64,000 bases of DNA from Octopus sinensis (Eukaryota). Location: the NCBI RefSeq assembly GCF_006345805.1, contig NC_043007.1:7812001-7876000 (forward strand). Direction: 5' to 3'. Under the pieces are notes generated by a model that did no database searches, was not told the DNA's origin, and saw nothing but the letters and a program-made list of their open reading frames with translations. Shown here one piece after another: positions 1 through 13,264 of the stretch; the first letter of the stretch is position 1; the number at the start of each line of letters is the position of its first letter. The translations under genes and the position numbers were made by a program.

Positions 1-160
1 GGTTCACTTCAGTCCATTATCAATGAAGATTTGGGTATGAGACGCGTGTCTTCCAAGTTTGTGCCCAAACTGCTTTCAGCTGACCAAAATGAGACTCGAG
101 TTTCCGTTGTACAAGATCTCCTTGATTGTGTCGAGAACGATGAAAACTTTTTTGAAAACT
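1..160 (+). mobile_element. mariner transposase internal fragment (HTH/linker), cut by window edge
   Basis: Frame +1 reads GSLQSIINEDLGMRRVSSKFVPKLLSADQNETRVSVVQDLLDCVENDENF, matching the mariner GSV..I..DLG.R.V..(W/F)VP..L region. Confidence 0.85.
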
Positions 161-378
161 TTGCGTAGGCCTCTGAACAGGAATCACCAAGCTTTTGGCC
201 AAATTTGATGCAGATTCTTTGCTCATCTTTCTCCGTCATGGTCCATGCGACGATCACACGCTACACACCTTCCTTCCAAGCAACGCTGTAAGCAACAGGA
301 GTGAGCTAGAACGTTGAAATTTAGTGCACATGCGCAACAGATTTCAAGGTCAATCTGTGCTAAGCGGCTTTACTCTAC
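161..378 (-). mobile_element. mariner 5' UTR and transposase N-terminus, inverted relative to 1-160
   Basis: Minus strand reads MTEKDEQRICIKFGQKLGDSCSEAYAK, a typical mariner N-terminus (EQR..IKF..KLG). No TIR recognised before the (GAT)n tract. Confidence 0.8.
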
Positions 379-690
379 GATGATGATGATGATGACGATG
401 ATGATGATGATGATGATGATAATGATGATGATGGTGATGATGATGATGATGATGACGACGACGACGACGATGACGACGATGACGATGATGACGATGATGA
501 TGATGATGATAATGTTGATGATGATGATAATGATGATGATGACGATGATGATGATGATGATGATGATGATGGTGGTGATGATGACGATGATGATGACGAC
601 GGCGACGACGGCGATAACGCTGATGGCGATGATGTCGATGACGAAGCTGATGATGACGGTGAAGGTGAGTGAAAGTGAAGGTGATGGCGA
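379..690. repeat. imperfect (GAT/GAC)n trinucleotide microsatellite
   Basis: Directly visible; explains the poly-M/D/H/I/S ORFs. Confidence 0.95.
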
Positions 691-888
691 TGGGGGATAA
701 ACATGACGAGGAGGCTGCATTCTTGCAAGACACTTCAACGTTCCACCTTCAAAGAAGCAATTACCATTCAACGGTTCTGAGAGCTGAGCAATACTTGACG
801 TTCCTTCATAATTTATGGCCACCATTTCTATTTACTCCTAACACATTCGTTGCTGTTTTATAACGGATACACACACACTCACACACAC

Positions 889-922
<34 letters not shown>

Positions 923-1214
923 ACACTCACACACACACACAACACACACACACACTCACACACACACGCAAACACTAAGCTACCCGCACACACTTACTGA
1001 TGAAAGATATACGCACGTATAACTACACACACACACACACACATTTATATATATATATTCATGTATATAAATAGGCATATTTATACGTATATATGTGTAT
1101 AGATACCTACGCATTTATGTACACATGTAAATGTTTGTATGCGTGTGTACGTGTGTATGTGTGTGTGTGTGTGCATGAGTATGTATGCATATATATATGT
1201 GTGTGTGTGTGTGT

Positions 1215-1612
1215 GTAGGCGCAAGCAAAGCTACGTGGTTAAAATGTTTGCTTTGCAACCGTGTGGATTTGTATACAGTCCCCTTCAGCAAGTATCTTCA
1301 CGTATAATGTATATGTGTGTATGCGTGCGTCACACAATGTGTGCTGTTTTCTGTTTGTGTGTGCTGTGAGAATTTAATGTGTTTCATATTGGATAAAGGT
1401 TTATCTTTATGTGTCTGTGTTTGTCGCTCCTAGCATTGCTTGACAACCGACGCTGGTGTGTTTGCGTCCCCGTTACTTAGCGGGTCGGTAAAAGAAACTG
1501 ATAGAATAAGTGCTAGGCTTACAAAGAATAAGTTCCGGGGTCGATTTGGTCGACTAAAGGCGGTGCTTCAGCATGGCCGCAGTCAAATGACTGAAACAAG
1601 TTGTTAAAGAGT
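1215..1612 (+). mobile_element. tRNA-derived SINE, family 2 (decayed)
   Basis: Body gcattgcttgacaaccga...gaataagt...ggggtcgatttg...cagcatggccgcagtcaaatgactgaaacaagt recurs at 28071, 34150, 36030 and 50892. Confidence 0.8.
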
Positions 1613-1615
1613 AAA

Positions 1616-1683
<68 letters not shown>

Positions 1684-1685
1684 TA

Positions 1686-1739
<54 letters not shown>

Positions 1740-2611
1740 GTATATATACATAAGGAAAATGGAGAGTTGAACTCAGAAAAATCAATTTATTAATATAATA
1801 GTCAATTCTATATCGTCTACGTACGTTTCAATTTCTTACCTCAAGATTGCATTATGCATTTCAAAGTTAAATAAATCTTCAGGGCAAAAATTGACAAATA
1901 TTCGTTCACATCCAAATGGATGGACAGTTGCCTACAGCCTGAGATAGCAGCATGCCTTTGAGTGTTTTTGCTTGTCAGCATGTACCTTTTGAATTCCTTT
2001 ATATATACATATACATATACATATGTATGTATGTACGTCTGATTGGCTCTTTACGTCTTGACACGGGGTCTGAGCTGTGGAGAAAGTCTTAAGCATTCAT
2101 ATTCTTTTTCCTGCAGCATCTCTTATGGTTGATTTTTTTCTATATTTGATGATGAGGATCTGCAAGCAAATAAGGTGTTGCAGAGTTGCATATATGCAAA
2201 CAGCATATATATATGTATGTATATATTTTAACAATAAGTAAGGTTTAGCAACAGGTTGCTTAACCGCATACCGAAAATCTTATAAATAGCAGCCAAAATA
2301 CGACTCCATAGATAACACTCTCTGTAACTCACAGGCAAAAAAGAAGGAAGATAATGAAATCAAACAGTCTTCGGTTAATTATGGACGCGTTTCTGGATTA
2401 GAATTATAAAACTCATTTCCTTTATCAACATAATATTCCGATAAATTATAAATTAGAAAATGCTAGAAAATGTACCCTTTGCATTTCTGACCAAGCGCCA
2501 TCAGAACATCACACAAGGCAGTTAGCATATCCGAATTTATATAGACGAGTGAAATTCCTACTTCCCCACAATTTTTTACCATGTGCGTCATATATATATA
2601 TATAATATATA

Positions 2612-2646
<35 letters not shown>

Positions 2647-3055
2647 GGGGAGAGGTCACATGGCTTTGTGCTTGTTCCACGCGATTTGACAGGATATTTT
2701 GATTTGCTTGCTTCCCCGTGACTTAGCACACCGAGAAACAAGGCCGATATAATTAGTACAAGACTTAAAATAGGTACTTGGGACTATTTGCTCGACTAAA
2801 ACACTTGAACTTCGTGCTACAGCATGGCCGCAGATCAAATGTTAAATGAAGCAATATAAGAAAGTGTGTGTGTGTGTGTGTGTGTGTGAATGAGAGAAGA
2901 TAGAAAGGAGACATCATAACATCGCAGCAACAGCTTCTACGATGCCGAAGAGATAATCATAATTTCGAGCTTCCTCTTAAACTCAACTCATTAATGATAT
3001 ATCTTGATGTATGAGTCTTATTAGTGTAACTAATAATAAACACTCACAGCTGATC

Positions 3056-3092
<37 letters not shown>

Positions 3093-3408
3093 TAATAATA
3101 ATGATGATGATGATGATGATGATCATAAACACAGATAATCGTCATCAAATGCGATGGAGTTCATGGCAAGAATCAAGTGTAATATATATGTAGTATTAAT
3201 GGGTTATGTTTGGAACCAACTCAAATATGGTTTTATGTGAAGGATACATGGCGCAATATTTAATAGAACGGTTATACAAATTACAGTATTACTCCCTCTC
3301 TCTCTCCCTCTCCCTCTCTCTCTCCTCTTTTCTCATCACCTATCTAACTCTTCTTCTCCACGCAATATATATATATAGACAGAGATATATAGATAGATAT
3401 ATATATAC

Positions 3409-3486
<78 letters not shown>

Positions 3487-3983
3487 ATACAGATAGATAC
3501 AGAGATACACACAAAAAATGTATACACACACACATATATACATGTATACTTATATATAAATGGAGAAGATAAACAATCGACAATCATCAGCCTGTAAACA
3601 TTCAATTATATCTAATTATTAATTAATTACAATCAATAGATGTTTGCAGGCTGATCTTTGTCGATGCTTTATCCTCTCCATTTTCTTATTTGCCTTCTAA
3701 ATCCTGGGTAAAATCCTAATTTACCCCAAACCCATGCCTAGCACTCGATTGCAATATTGCTCTGCAATAGAAAGCACTTGGTTATAAATGCGTAGGTATA
3801 CATCCAGTAGTATATTGGTATATTGGATATTTAATATCCCTTAGATGGTTACTTAATCTCTAACTCATACAGACATGTATATGTATATATATATATTATA
3901 TATATATATATATATATTATGTGTGTGTGTGTGTGTGTGTGTGGTGTATGTATATATATATGTGTGTGTGTGGTGTGTGTATG

Positions 3984-4140
<157 letters not shown>

Positions 4141-6191
4141 CACGCATCATGCATACAGTAACACATACATATGTATGAGTGGATGCGTTCCTGTGCCTGC
4201 AAGTGCGTGCGCACGTTTTGGTATAATTATTGTCCCAACAAATATCCAATTACGCCAAAATTTGTGTTTCTCTAATTTTTAGAAAAACCAGAATTCCGTA
4301 TCTTTCTCGTTTCGACACAGATTGCTCCACATTCTTCTGTTCGCTTTCTTTTTCTACAAACCTAGCATATCTTATCCTAATCCTTGTTCCCCCATGACCA
4401 CCACCACTAGCATTGATGTCGTCAGCATCATCATTTGATCCGACACCGTGTCGTTCATGTCTACTATAATATGCATCAGCATCTTCATTAGCGACACAAG
4501 ACTCCAATGAAAGATGGCTCCCATATGCGTATGCACGCGCATACAGAAAGGAAACGCACGCACACATACACAAACGCACACACACATGCACAAACGCACA
4601 AATACACTCACACGTATGCTTGAACACACACATCTCAATATATATACATACACATAAATATACACAAACATGCACAAATAAGAAAATGCGTGTGGATGAA
4701 TGTATGTGTCTGTGTCTATGTGTGTATGTGTGTCTGCATGTGTGTATATATGTGTGTCTGTACATGTGTGTGTATGTGTGTGTGCGCGTGCGTGCATGTG
4801 TGTGTGTGTGTATGCATCATATTGTATAACCTATATTGACATAGATGTAGAGGTTTAGAAAGAGCATGCGCAGTCAGTTGAAATCTCCGCATTCCGGACA
4901 CCAATAGATCTGAGGGGTCATCAGCACCCTCATTCCTTTCGAGGGCTTCACAGCGCACCGGCTCCATTCGGTCGTGTCTGGCCCCCACCTCGGGGACTGG
5001 TCTTCTCTTGGTGTATCCTTGATAGTTGTGTTGATAGCGACCAAAAGGTGAGGCGCGCGATCCGACACTCGCTCGCTTTCTCTTTCCAGGACCTGACTTA
5101 TAATGATAGTAACGGATCCTCTGCCCTCGACTGTACTGACGTTTATGGAGCTAATACGTATACACATATACATGTAAATACGCACTCACTCACACACACA
5201 CAATATATATATATATATATACGTCTTCGTAAGTATATATCTGTGTGTGTATGTATATATATACATACATACATAGATACCTCTTAGTATTATGCTGCAT
5301 CCCTCTAATTTGTCTCACGGTTATACTCCTTTACAGACCATTTGAGTTGCCTCTGGAGTGTCTAGTCTTCAGATTTTGATTTACTCTACTCATCAGGACT
5401 CTCGTTGCACCTGACCGATTCTTTCAATGGCCACCTCTTGTTATACACGATGCCAATGGCTTACAACGTAATAGTTTGGCTCTTCTTGCTGTCAATTCTC
5501 CTAAAAGCCTGCCGTAAATAGACGACCAAGTTTATTGACTGGAGATTAGAGTACAGGCATGGACACGCGCTTTCGACTCGATAGCTGTGATCAGCACAGC
5601 ATTTGTCCGATCTTATGTCCAGTAGCAGAGGGATTTAGACATATAAAAGCAGAAAAGGAGAAGACACTGGTGACCTACGTAATTCGCATAATTCAAATAA
5701 AAATGAGTTGAGGGAAAAAAAGAGAGTGGCAAATACTTGAACATAGACAAACGGGTATGTCGAACGCCATGCAACGTACATTTTTCGTTTATTAAAATTC
5801 TGTTCGCCTCTAGAGAATTCATCATGATTAACAAATTACAATTAAGACCAGTTAGCATGAGAGGGGAAGATAATCGTAAGAATCAAGTATTCTCCAAAAC
5901 TGACATACCATAAAGAAAATGGCCAGGCTTACGATATCCTGTAGCTTAGAGAATTGGATGGTTTCTTCATGCGTTTCAGCTGCGAAGCCTCTCCATATCT
6001 TTTATGTTTTTGTGTGTTTTGTAAGAATACTTATGTTGTTAATGTAAATGCTTTTAGATTCGTAGATTTATTGATTATTCTTCTGGAAAATGTTATCTTC
6101 ATCAACAAACGGTTGGGAATATGTTGTATTTCTGTGGCAGATATTTTAAATAACATTTATTATATGCCTACATCCACGTATGCGCACGGAC

Positions 6192-6232
<41 letters not shown>

Positions 6233-6299
6233 TGTATATATTCTAAATGTATAACAAGTATGTAATCATAAGTGTGTTTGTGTATATATATATATATAT

Positions 6300-6745
6300 A
6301 CTGATTCACACACACATAGATGCATACATACACACATACACACATACATACATACATACATACATACATACATACATACATACATGCATACATACACACA
6401 TACATACATACATACATACATACGTACATACATACACACATACATACATACATACATACATACTGCATACATACATACATGCATACATACACACACACAC
6501 ACATACATACATACATGCATACATACACACATACATACATACATACATACATACATACATACATCATACATACATACATACGTGCATACATACATACATG
6601 CATACATACACACACACATACATACATACATGCATACATACACACATACATACATACATACATACATACATACATACATACATACATACACACACACACA
6701 TACATACATACATGCATGCATGCATGCATGCATACATACATACGT
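6300..6745. repeat. long imperfect (CATA)n microsatellite
   Basis: Directly visible; source of the MYVC/HTYI ORFs. Confidence 0.95.
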
Positions 6746-7058
6746 AGTCTAATCTGTAAAATCTTCGCATCGCGTTTAACATCTATTTGAATTCCTGATC
6801 TTTCGTGGTCTAAGAAAAACGGCAGATTGTAAAACAGCGGAAGTTTGGCAAGTTTGGCACCGTGATCAGCATAAAGCATAAAATATCCAAACAGAAAAGT
6901 TAAAGAACAGAAGAACACAAGACGTCGAGCGAAACGTCTTTATTCTTCCATTTGTCTATTTATTTCATTTTGTTACAGGGCGTGGAATTTTTTTGTATGT
7001 ATGTATGGATACATACATACACACACACACAGATACATAGATATCATATTATATCATA

Positions 7059-7153
<95 letters not shown>

Positions 7154-7185
7154 GTATAGATATGTATATATATATATTATGTATG

Positions 7186-7292
<107 letters not shown>

Positions 7293-7295
7293 TAT

Positions 7296-7327
<32 letters not shown>

Positions 7328-8039
7328 CATACGTATACATACAGACATACATACATATATACATATATATAATGTATGTATGATAAATATATTTACGTAT
7401 ATATATATATGTTATACACACTCACACACACACACACTCACACACACACACACACACACACAGAATATGTAATAGATATACACATATATATTTATTTATA
7501 TACACAAACAAAATTCGTTTTCTGAATCCCCATCACCATCATAATCATCATCGTCATCATCACAGTTACCCCCACCATCGTCGTCGTCGTCGTCGTCATC
7601 CTCTTTTCTTCCTCATCTTTTGCTCTTCCCTCTTCTTTTCTCTCTGACGGTGATACTTGTTGTTGTTATTGTTGCTTCCCTCGCATTTCCTCTTACTCTC
7701 CCTCCCGTCCCTCTTCCCCTCACCCCACCTTACTTGCTTAATTGTTTTCCTTGTTTCTTCTTTTTTGTTGCTTTGTTTTTGTTTTGCTTTGTTTTTTGCC
7801 AATTATTGCGGGATTTCTGTTTGATATTGTTTTCTTTTGTGTCAAAATAAGTAGTGCGATTGAATAAAGGCTAAGACCCTTCCGTTCTGTGTTCAATTCC
7901 CGCCGACGGCAAATAAGCTTTTCATCCTTGTGCGATCGATACTCTGAAGTACCAGTCACACCCTCCTGGGTTCGATAAAAGCAAAATGCCTGACGTTGAT
8001 CCAAATCTAAACAGATCAAATTAGATTGCTTGCATCGTT

Positions 8040-8225
8040 ACATAATCAGGATAATTGGTTTGTAATATTTAATTATGGTACTTTACGCTCAGAGTTCGAA
8101 TACCACCGAAATTGCCCTACACCTTTTCGGGGTCAATGAAATAAAGTACCAGTTATATACCAGGTTCCATGTATTGGACTAACTCTCTTCTCTGAAATTA
8201 CCGGCCTTATACCAAAATTTGAAAC

Positions 8226-8228
<3 letters not shown>
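8040..8228 (+). mobile_element. SINE family 1 copy (decayed) with (ATC)n tail to about 8262
   Basis: Contains gagttcgaat...ttttcggggtcaatgaaataaagtaccagtt...ggccttataccaaaatttgaaac, as in other family 1 copies. Confidence 0.7.
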
Positions 8229-8263
<35 letters not shown>

Positions 8264-8269
8264 CCATCA

Positions 8270-8481
8270 AAGCGACGAGCTGGCAGAATCGTTAGCAAGC
8301 CGGGCGAAATGCTTAGCAGTATTTCGTCTGGCGCTACGTTCTGAGTCCAAACTCCGCTGAGGTTGACTTTGCTTTCATCCTTTCGAGGTTGATAAATTAA
8401 GTACCAGTAAAACACTGGAGTCGATCTAATCGACTAGTCCTCGCCCCCAAAATTTCAGGCCTTGTGCCTATAATAGAAAGG
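8270..8481 (+). mobile_element. SINE family 1 copy with (ATT)n tail
   Basis: gcgacgagctggcagaatcgttagc (A-box-like)...ttctgagtccaaactcc (B-box-like)...aagtaccagt...ggccttgtgcctataatagaaagg, then (ATT)n. Confidence 0.85.
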
Positions 8482-8531
<50 letters not shown>

Positions 8532-8550
8532 CATTATTATTATTATTATT
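8482..8550. repeat. (ATT)n tract at the 3' junction of the Dong element
   Basis: Directly visible; reads (TAA)n on the element strand. Confidence 0.95.
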
Positions 8551-11500
8551 CAGTAGTTTTATTTTTATAGCGTGCTTTCACTTCACTACCGAGCGCAGCT
8601 CTGTGTGCCTTGGGTATGTGCTGTGATTTGTTGTGATGCTCTGATGGTTATTGTATGGAAAGTGTTCTGCGTAGGATGTGTGCAGTGCCTAGTAGTGCAA
8701 TTTTCTGTATGTTATATGTGTTTGTAAGTCCTGGTGTTTTTGTTATGTATTTGTCTGAATATTTTTTATCATGCCTAATGCACCTACTATGATAGGAATT
8801 GTTTCTGTTTTCAGGTTCCACATTCTAGTTACCTCTATTTCCAGGTCTTTGTATTTTGAGAGTTTCTCCATTTCTTTTAGAGACACTTTGTCATCTGCCG
8901 GTATTGATACATCAATTAGAAAGCATTTTTTTTCTTCATGATCTCTGACAACTATATCTGGTCTGTTGGCCTTAATTTCTCTATCTGTGTGTATTGGCAT
9001 ATCCCAGAGTATGGTTGCTTTCTCGTTTTCTGTGACCTTTTCTGGTGTGTGCCTATACCATCTTTTTTCTGTTGTTATTCCATAATGTTGGCATAACTTC
9101 CAATGTATGTAGGTTCCAACTCTGTCATGTCTGTGAATATATTCCTTCTTAGCCAGGACTGGGCAGCTAGAGATAATATGATTTATTGTTTCTTGTCCAT
9201 CTCCACATATTCTGCAGTTACTTGTAATATTTCTTTTCATTACATGTTTTTGGTAATTTCTGGTGGGGAGGCTTTGGTCTTGTGCTGCAATTAAAAATCC
9301 CTCTGTTTCTGCTTTGAGTCCTGAGCTTCTCAACCATTGCTGGAATTTTTCTTTGTCTATTTCTTTTGCGTTTAGTTTAGTCCAGTATTTACCATGAAGG
9401 GGCTTTTCTTGCCATCGTTTTATCATGGATCGTTGCTGTTCTATTTTTAGTTTGGATTTCATTTGTTTTATAGCTTTTGTTGTTTCTTCATCATCTTCTT
9501 CTTCTTCTTAGTGTTTATTAGTTGGTATGATTTCTTGTTTGTATTTGTCAGCTTCCTTAAATACTGAGAACAGTTTTTTGTTTTGCTCGTGTTTTGCTGC
9601 TATCTGGATCAGTTTTCCTTCCTTCTGAAGTAGGTATTTTTGCAGTCCTATGGTGGTTATTTTATAGTAGTTTTCCAGCTGTATAAGGCCTCTACCACCT
9701 TCTATACGTTGTATATATAGTCTTTCTATGTCAGATTTTGGGTGATGCATCCTAGATCCTGTCAGTATTTTTCTTGTTTTCCTATCTATTTTGGACAGTT
9801 CGTTTCGTGTCCAGTTAAGGATATTGTAGCTGTAACTTATAACTGGGACAGCTAAAGTGTTGATACCTATTATCTTGTTTTTAGTATTGAGCTCTGTTTT
9901 TAGTATTGATCTAACTCATCTATAATATTCTTTTTTTTATTTTCTCTTTCATTTGTGTGTGTTGTGTCTTATCTAGTTCATGGATTCCTAAGTATTTGTA
10001 AGTTTGGCTTTGGTCTAATTCTTTTATTTCATTGGTTTTATCTAGTGTGATGTTGTTACTCTTAACTAGTTTTCCTCTTTTCAGGGTTACTTTGGCGCAT
10101 TTTTCTAATCCAAATTTCATATCTATTTCTTTGGTAAATCCATGAACTGTCTTTAATAGTGTTTCCAGCTGTTTGTCATTTGCAGTGTATAGTTTTAGGT
10201 CATCCATATATAAAAAACGTGGCTGATCGTTTTGCCGTAACATTTATATCCGCATCCAGTTCTATTTAGCATATCAGATAGAGGTGACAGTGCCAAGCAG
10301 AAAAGGAGTGGAGAGAGCGTGTCTCCCTGGAATATTCCTCTTCTAATGGGGATGTCTTTGGTTTTCATGAGTCCCTCTTTTGTTTGGAGGTGTAGGACTG
10401 TTTGCCATTTATTCATAGAGTGCTCTATGAATTTTATGATTGTTGGTGCTACTTTGTTAATGGCTAGTGTTTCGAGGATCCATGTGTGGGGGATGCTATC
10501 AAACGCCTTTTTGTAGTCAATCCAGGCCATACTGAGGCCTTTCTTCTTTCTGTGGCTGTCTTCAGTTACGGCTTTATTAATCATTAGTTGATCTTTACAG
10601 CCATATGAGCCTTGCGGCATCCTTTCTGCTCTTCTGGGAACAGTTTGTTTTCGTCCAGGTGCTTGTTCAGCCTTTGCGATATCACTGCAGTAAATGCCTT
10701 GAACATAGTAGGGAGGCAGGTTATTGGTCTGTAGTTTTCTGGTTTTGTTGTTTCATTTGATTTGGGAATTAAGATGGTTTTCCCCTTCGTGAGCCATTCA
10801 GGCATTGTCTCTGGCTCTGCTAGTATGCTGTTAAGTTTTCAGCCAGCTTTTTGTGCATTCCTGTTAGATATTTCAACCAGAAGTTGGGGATCTTGTCATG
10901 CCCAGGTGCTTTCCAGTTGCTTAGTTTTTGCAGTGCCTGGGTGACCTCTTCAGTTGTTATGGGGTCCAAAGTTGTTCAGATGCCGAGTTTGTTATTTTGA
11001 TACTCCTTTTTTTGGCTGTTCGTTCGCCGACCATATTTCTCTCCAGAATTCTTCCAATTCTTCTGCCGTTGGTGCTGCAGTGACTTCTATTTTTATTTTT
11101 CTCAGTTCTTGGTAGAACTTTTTGGGGTTGGAGTTGACCTTTTTGTTCTGTTCAAAGAAGCGTTGGCGTTTCTCGTACCGGCGGATCCTTTGAGCTTTGG
11201 CAAGGATATCTTGCTTCAGCTTTTCTTTTATCTTCGGCAAATCTTTTTCTGTGATGTTATATTTGCGGAGCATTTTTGTTCTCTTTTTGTTGCTCAGTAG
11301 CGTTGCTTGTTTGCTGATTTCATTAAGAATCGACAGGTCTTTTCTAATTTTTTTTTTTGTTTTGGATGTTATTTATCCACAGGGTTTGTTGGGTGGTGGT
11401 ACTCCTGTTTGGGCGGGTTTGGGTGAGTATCCAGCTTCTTTTGTGGCTGCAGTGGCTGCTGCGTATATCAAGTCATTAGTTTCAGTGATATCACTTTTTT

Positions 11501-12505
11501 TTGTTTCAGTGGCTAGTTCAGTGACGGCTAGGTTTATGTTGTTTATAATTGGTGTTGTTATTGCGTTTATTTTTATTCTTGGGAGGTATGGTCGGTGGTC
11601 CATTTTGGGCTCTGTGGTTTTTCAGTTCTTTGATTATTTTATTTTTTATATTATCATAATCATTAGGCTCCCCTTCGTTGTTTACATCGTGATTGTTGGG
11701 AATGTTGCGTTTGTCTTCGTGTTTTACAGTTTCAGTGTTTATATTATTGGGCATTGTTGTGTGGCTTCTATCTACATTTTCCTGGTGTATTTTTTTCTTT
11801 TAAATGTTCTATTTCTATTTCTGATGTTTTTTTGGCTTTGAGAATGTATCTTCGTACGTTAGCTAATTTATTAGGGTTCATTGCTGTATCCAAGTCTATA
11901 TCTCTATTATTTTCCTTCCATATTTTATATGTATGTGTTGTATTTTCATTTTTTGGGTAGAGCATTGCTGTGAAGTATGCGTGTAAGATAGAAATGTATT
12001 CCTCACGTGTCCATTTACGTCTTTTGGGTTATATTTGCGGGACATGAGGTACAACGTCCGGCCCATTATTTTGACGGTCGTCATTTTCGTAAGGTACCGG
12101 TCCGTTTATTTCTGTTGTCACATTATTTCGCACGTGTAGTTTTTCGTACATTTTTTGTTGTAACTTTAATGTACGTACCGCTCGATTGTTATTCTTGGGT
12201 TGAATAGTATCGGTGGCATTTAATTTCTTCGTAGTTCCTTTGTACATGGTGTTTGAGGTCGGGGATGATCGTTTTGTTCCACGCATGTTTACATGTGTTG
12301 TGTTAGAGGTGGAGATAATATCGAGTCAAAATACATCATTTCGTTTCGAAAATAGTAATAAATTTCAATTAGTATTACTTACTCGGATATAGTCCAATTC
12401 TTTGTTAGTAAATCTTTGGCTCCATAGGGTGTCCTTGTTTTCGATGTTTGTGGATAGATTTCGGAGCTCTGTATTTTCCTTCTTACATCTTAAACGTCCC
12501 CGGTG
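8551..12505 (-). mobile_element. R4/Dong-clade non-LTR retrotransposon, near full length (about 3.95 kb), disrupted
   Basis: Across frameshifts: N-terminal RRKWTREEY (Myb-like, inferred); RT motifs KAPGHDKI, NYRPITCLPT, DYKKAFDSIPH, IFQGDTLSP, YMDDLKLY, YKYLG; zinc knuckle CRICG...HIISSC; REL endonuclease RHD...RPDI...D...K. Flanked on both sides by TAA repeats. Confidence 0.95.
8648..12290 (-). pseudogene. Dong RT-REL polyprotein ORF, broken
   Basis: ORF fragments 12029-12286, 11768-11965, 11373-11603, 10992-11273, 10584-10805, 10195-10620, 9920-10243, 9508-9750 and 8743-9462 join in order. Nonsense codons near 10976, 9916 and 9508; terminal ...LLGTAHILRRTLSIQ* stop at 8648-8650. Start position uncertain. 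Confidence 0.85.
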
Positions 12506-12537
12506 TTCTTCTTCTTCTTCTCTTCTTCTTCTTCTTC

Positions 12538-12586
<49 letters not shown>

Positions 12587-12595
12587 CATCATTAT
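12506..12595. repeat. (TTC)n then (TTA)n tract at the 5' junction of the Dong element
   Basis: Directly visible. Confidence 0.95.
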
Positions 12596-12812
12596 GGCGG
12601 TGAGTTGGCAGAAACGTTAGCACGCCGGGAGAAAGGCTTAGCTGTATTTCGTCTGCTGCTACGTTCTGAGTTCAAATTTCACCGAGGTCAACTTTGCTTT
12701 TTTTCCTTTAAGGGTCGATAAATTAAGTGCCAGTTGAATATTGTGGTTGATCTAATCGACTGGCTCCCTCTCCCCCCACCCAAATTTCAGGCCTTGTGCC
12801 GATAGTAGAAAG
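12596..12812 (+). mobile_element. SINE family 1 copy with (ATT)n tail
   Basis: ggcggtgagttggcagaaacgttagc...gagttcaaattt...ggccttgtgccgatagtagaaagg(att)n. Confidence 0.85.
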
Positions 12813-12813
12813 G

Positions 12814-12847
<34 letters not shown>

Positions 12848-12885
12848 TATTATTATTATTATTATTATTATCATTATTATTATTA

Positions 12886-13098
12886 AAGCAGTGAGCAGGC
12901 AAAAACATTATGGCGCCGAGCAAAATGCTTAGCGGTATTTCGGACGTCTTTACGTTCTGGGTTCGAAATCTACTGAAATTTCTTTTGCGTTGCATCCCTT
13001 TTGGGGTCGATGAAATAAGTACCAGTTGAACACTGAGGTCGATGTAATCAACTTATCCCCTCCCCCAAAATTGCGGGATTTGTGACAAAATTTGAAAG
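12886..13098 (+). mobile_element. SINE family 1 copy
   Basis: Same body as 12596; starts directly after that copy's tail. Confidence 0.75.
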
Positions 13099-13264
13099 CA
13101 TCATCATTATCATTATTCAAATTCTTGGGCTGACGGTATCGACTAATTCCCTCCACTGAAAATTGCTGGCCTATGCTACAAACAATTATTAAATGCCAGA
13201 GCAGATTCGGGATAAGACAACTTTTGGTGGTGGTGGTGGTAGATGGTAGAATGCTGGATTAAAT

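Noticed and set aside
314-825. Long poly-M/D/H/I/S ORFs
   Set aside because: They are reading frames of the (GAT)n microsatellite, with no splice or codon evidence.
1830-1935. Strong minus-strand donor (GAG|GTAAGA near 1838) as a possible downstream GPCR exon
   Set aside because: The open frame (ATVHPFGCERIF...) has no GPCR similarity and the acceptor is weak.
4250-4560. Non-repeat tail of the 171-aa minus ORF (…DADAYYSRHERHGVGSNDD…) as GPCR ICL3 or C-terminus
   Set aside because: No TM6/TM7 motifs (CWxP, NPxxY) and no convincing splice sites.
5300-5600. Possible RTE-X C-terminal relic on minus (LYSNLQSINLVV)
   Set aside because: Similarity is too short and decayed to support by eye.
6905-6945. 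Plus-strand CAGAAGA...GAGC GAAACGUC hammerhead-like motif
   Set aside because: U4 is altered and stem II does not pair; at most a relic.
11197-11841. 214-aa hydrophobic plus-strand ORF
   Set aside because: It is the antisense shadow of the A-rich Dong ORF.
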